From Azolla caroliniana (lineage: Eukaryota; Plantae; Polypodiophyta), in contig JBHGNT010000006.1 in assembly GCA_043228905.1 (NCBI GenBank), positions 7,998,001 to 8,062,000 of the forward strand: DNA of 64,000 nt, written 5' to 3'. Each line of letters begins with the position of its first letter. The stretch's first letter is position 1. The notes below the pieces were generated by a model that was given only the letters and a program-made list of their open reading frames with translations, was not told the DNA's origin and made no database searches. This document shows, piece after piece, positions 62,240 to 64,000 of this stretch. The translations under genes and the position numbers were made by a program.

Positions 62240-64000
62240 ACAATGTTTGGGTAAATTGAATTCAATTTCTCAACAACGTTAGCTGTTTTTCTCTTCGTCA
62301 TAAGTTACGACGATAGGGTTACTTTCTCTTCGTAATAAGTTGTGATACTTCTAATCCACTAGCATTACTCTCAATTTTTAGTTGGTATGATGCTAGCATG
62401 GCCCTTATCCTAACCCTTATGCTAGCTAGTGTTTTATATAGAGGAGCGGTATTTTGCCAATGTAATTATTTTTATGCAAAGCAAGTTCTTTTTAATTTGA
62501 TATCTGCCATTGCAATTAGTTTTAGGCAAACATTTTAATGGAGAAGTAGTTGGATTTCATTTTGTGAATGGCTTGTTTTTTAATTATCAATAGTGCTTTC
62601 GTCACTCCCATGGAGTAAATATAGAAACTTGAATATTCATCTTTTTCATAAAAATAGGTGGGAATATCGGAAATATGTTGGTAACATAGATAGAATCAGA
62701 AACATTTTGGTGGCATTCTATTCATAGTTGCTATAATACTTGTCAATGATCATATATATTTAAGTGTACTCATTCATTCCTCCATCCATCCATTAATTTA
62801 CTTTCTCCCTCCCTCTCTAGTTTTTGTAGTCTTCATTATTTTCCATTTGCATCTTGTTTTATTTCTTGTACAAGTGCCACGCACATTTTGTATCATTGAT
62901 TATCTTCTATGCCTAGTTTGGTCGATAGTAAATTGAAAAAGCTCCCGTCTCTCTCATCCTCTTTGTCTCTCTTCTCTTTCTGCCAATGTACTGTACAATC
63001 ATGCACCACAAAAAATTGTAAAAAGTTGCTATGACCTTGGACATGTATCGCACAGGGAATATCTATGTCGTTTGCACTAAATCAGACAAAGGTCAAGAAG
63101 ATTGTAGAGAAGGAAATTGGTATACCGACAAGCCTTTCATATATGACATGATTAACTTTGCTCCAATGAGTATCAAGTGAGGAAGATGTCGAGAGTCGTA
63201 CGGTTCTGTGATAGACCCCCCATTACTGTAGAGCGTTGAAGACAAAGCAAAACTAATGAGATTGCATAATTGGAACATGCCACATAGATCCATTGGTAGC
63301 CTTCGTGTGAAGAAACAGATGTGTAGAAAGCTGTTTTATTTTTGCAAATCAAAAGCTACCATTAAGATTGCTTATACATGGTTTCAAATCAATTAAGATT
63401 GCTTTATTTCAGCATTGACTCCAATCAATTAAGTCCAACTGAAAGGATCATATACCTCTTTTGGATCAAGATGCACTATCACCATTTCTAGTTCAAACAA
63501 AATCCGTCACATAATCAATTGCCATTTATACTTCGGATATACACTTATTAAGCATATGGGAGTAACACTGATAAACTGTTTTACTACAGTTGCTTTTACT
63601 CTACCAATCATTTCATATATTCCTCCCAATGGGGATGTAATCCACCATTGATAAAAGAAACCATAAAATAGTAGAAGCTTAATTAACACTATCTCACATA
63701 TCACTCGAATGCCAAACTTATAACAAATAAGCTAAAGTTCGCTTTCATTTAGTTGCTTCACATACTTCTTGACCAACTCATTAGTAAATCTGTCCCACCA
63801 AAGGCTATTTTCAACCTTTAGTTGAGAAAAAAGATAACATCACTACCACCTACCTGTTTGTAAAACCATAAGGCTCCAAGATCGCAACTATATGATGAGG
63901 GGCGTGGCCTTGTACACAACATAAGATAAAACTGCTTGTGCATGCCTAACATTCTCATGGACGTGAAAAAATGAAGCAAGAAGTCATAGAAAAGGATAGA

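Overview
Plant nuclear DNA, probably from a fern or other seed-free plant (inferred from the Tcn1-like and non-chromoviral gypsy lineages present). Bases 1 to about 52,500 are a stack of nested LTR retrotransposons up to four levels deep. A degenerate gypsy (I) hosts a tRNA-Trp-primed element (A), which hosts a non-chromoviral gypsy (B, 4289-23047), which hosts a very young relative (C, 11634-20988, LTRs apparently identical). Also present are two Tcn1-like chromoviruses (D, G), a Met-primed chromovirus (E), four Ty1/copia elements or fragments, and solo LTRs. Bases 52,500-58,700 are decayed intergenic DNA, and a three-exon TPR-protein gene lies at 59376-62239. The main observation is that related elements B and C have no polypurine tract. 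In its place, 2 nt before the 3' LTR, both carry a structured, sense-orientation copy of a tRNA-Arg 3' half (T-arm, inserted hairpin, acceptor strand, CCA) that can pair with their own PBS. It follows directly after a conserved extra coiled-coil ORF, which suggests a non-canonical priming mechanism. The Tcn1-like LTRs carry antisense tRNA-like A/B-box cassettes, perfect heat-shock elements and, in D, a self-priming site. All coordinates and comparisons were read by eye, with no alignments or database searches run.
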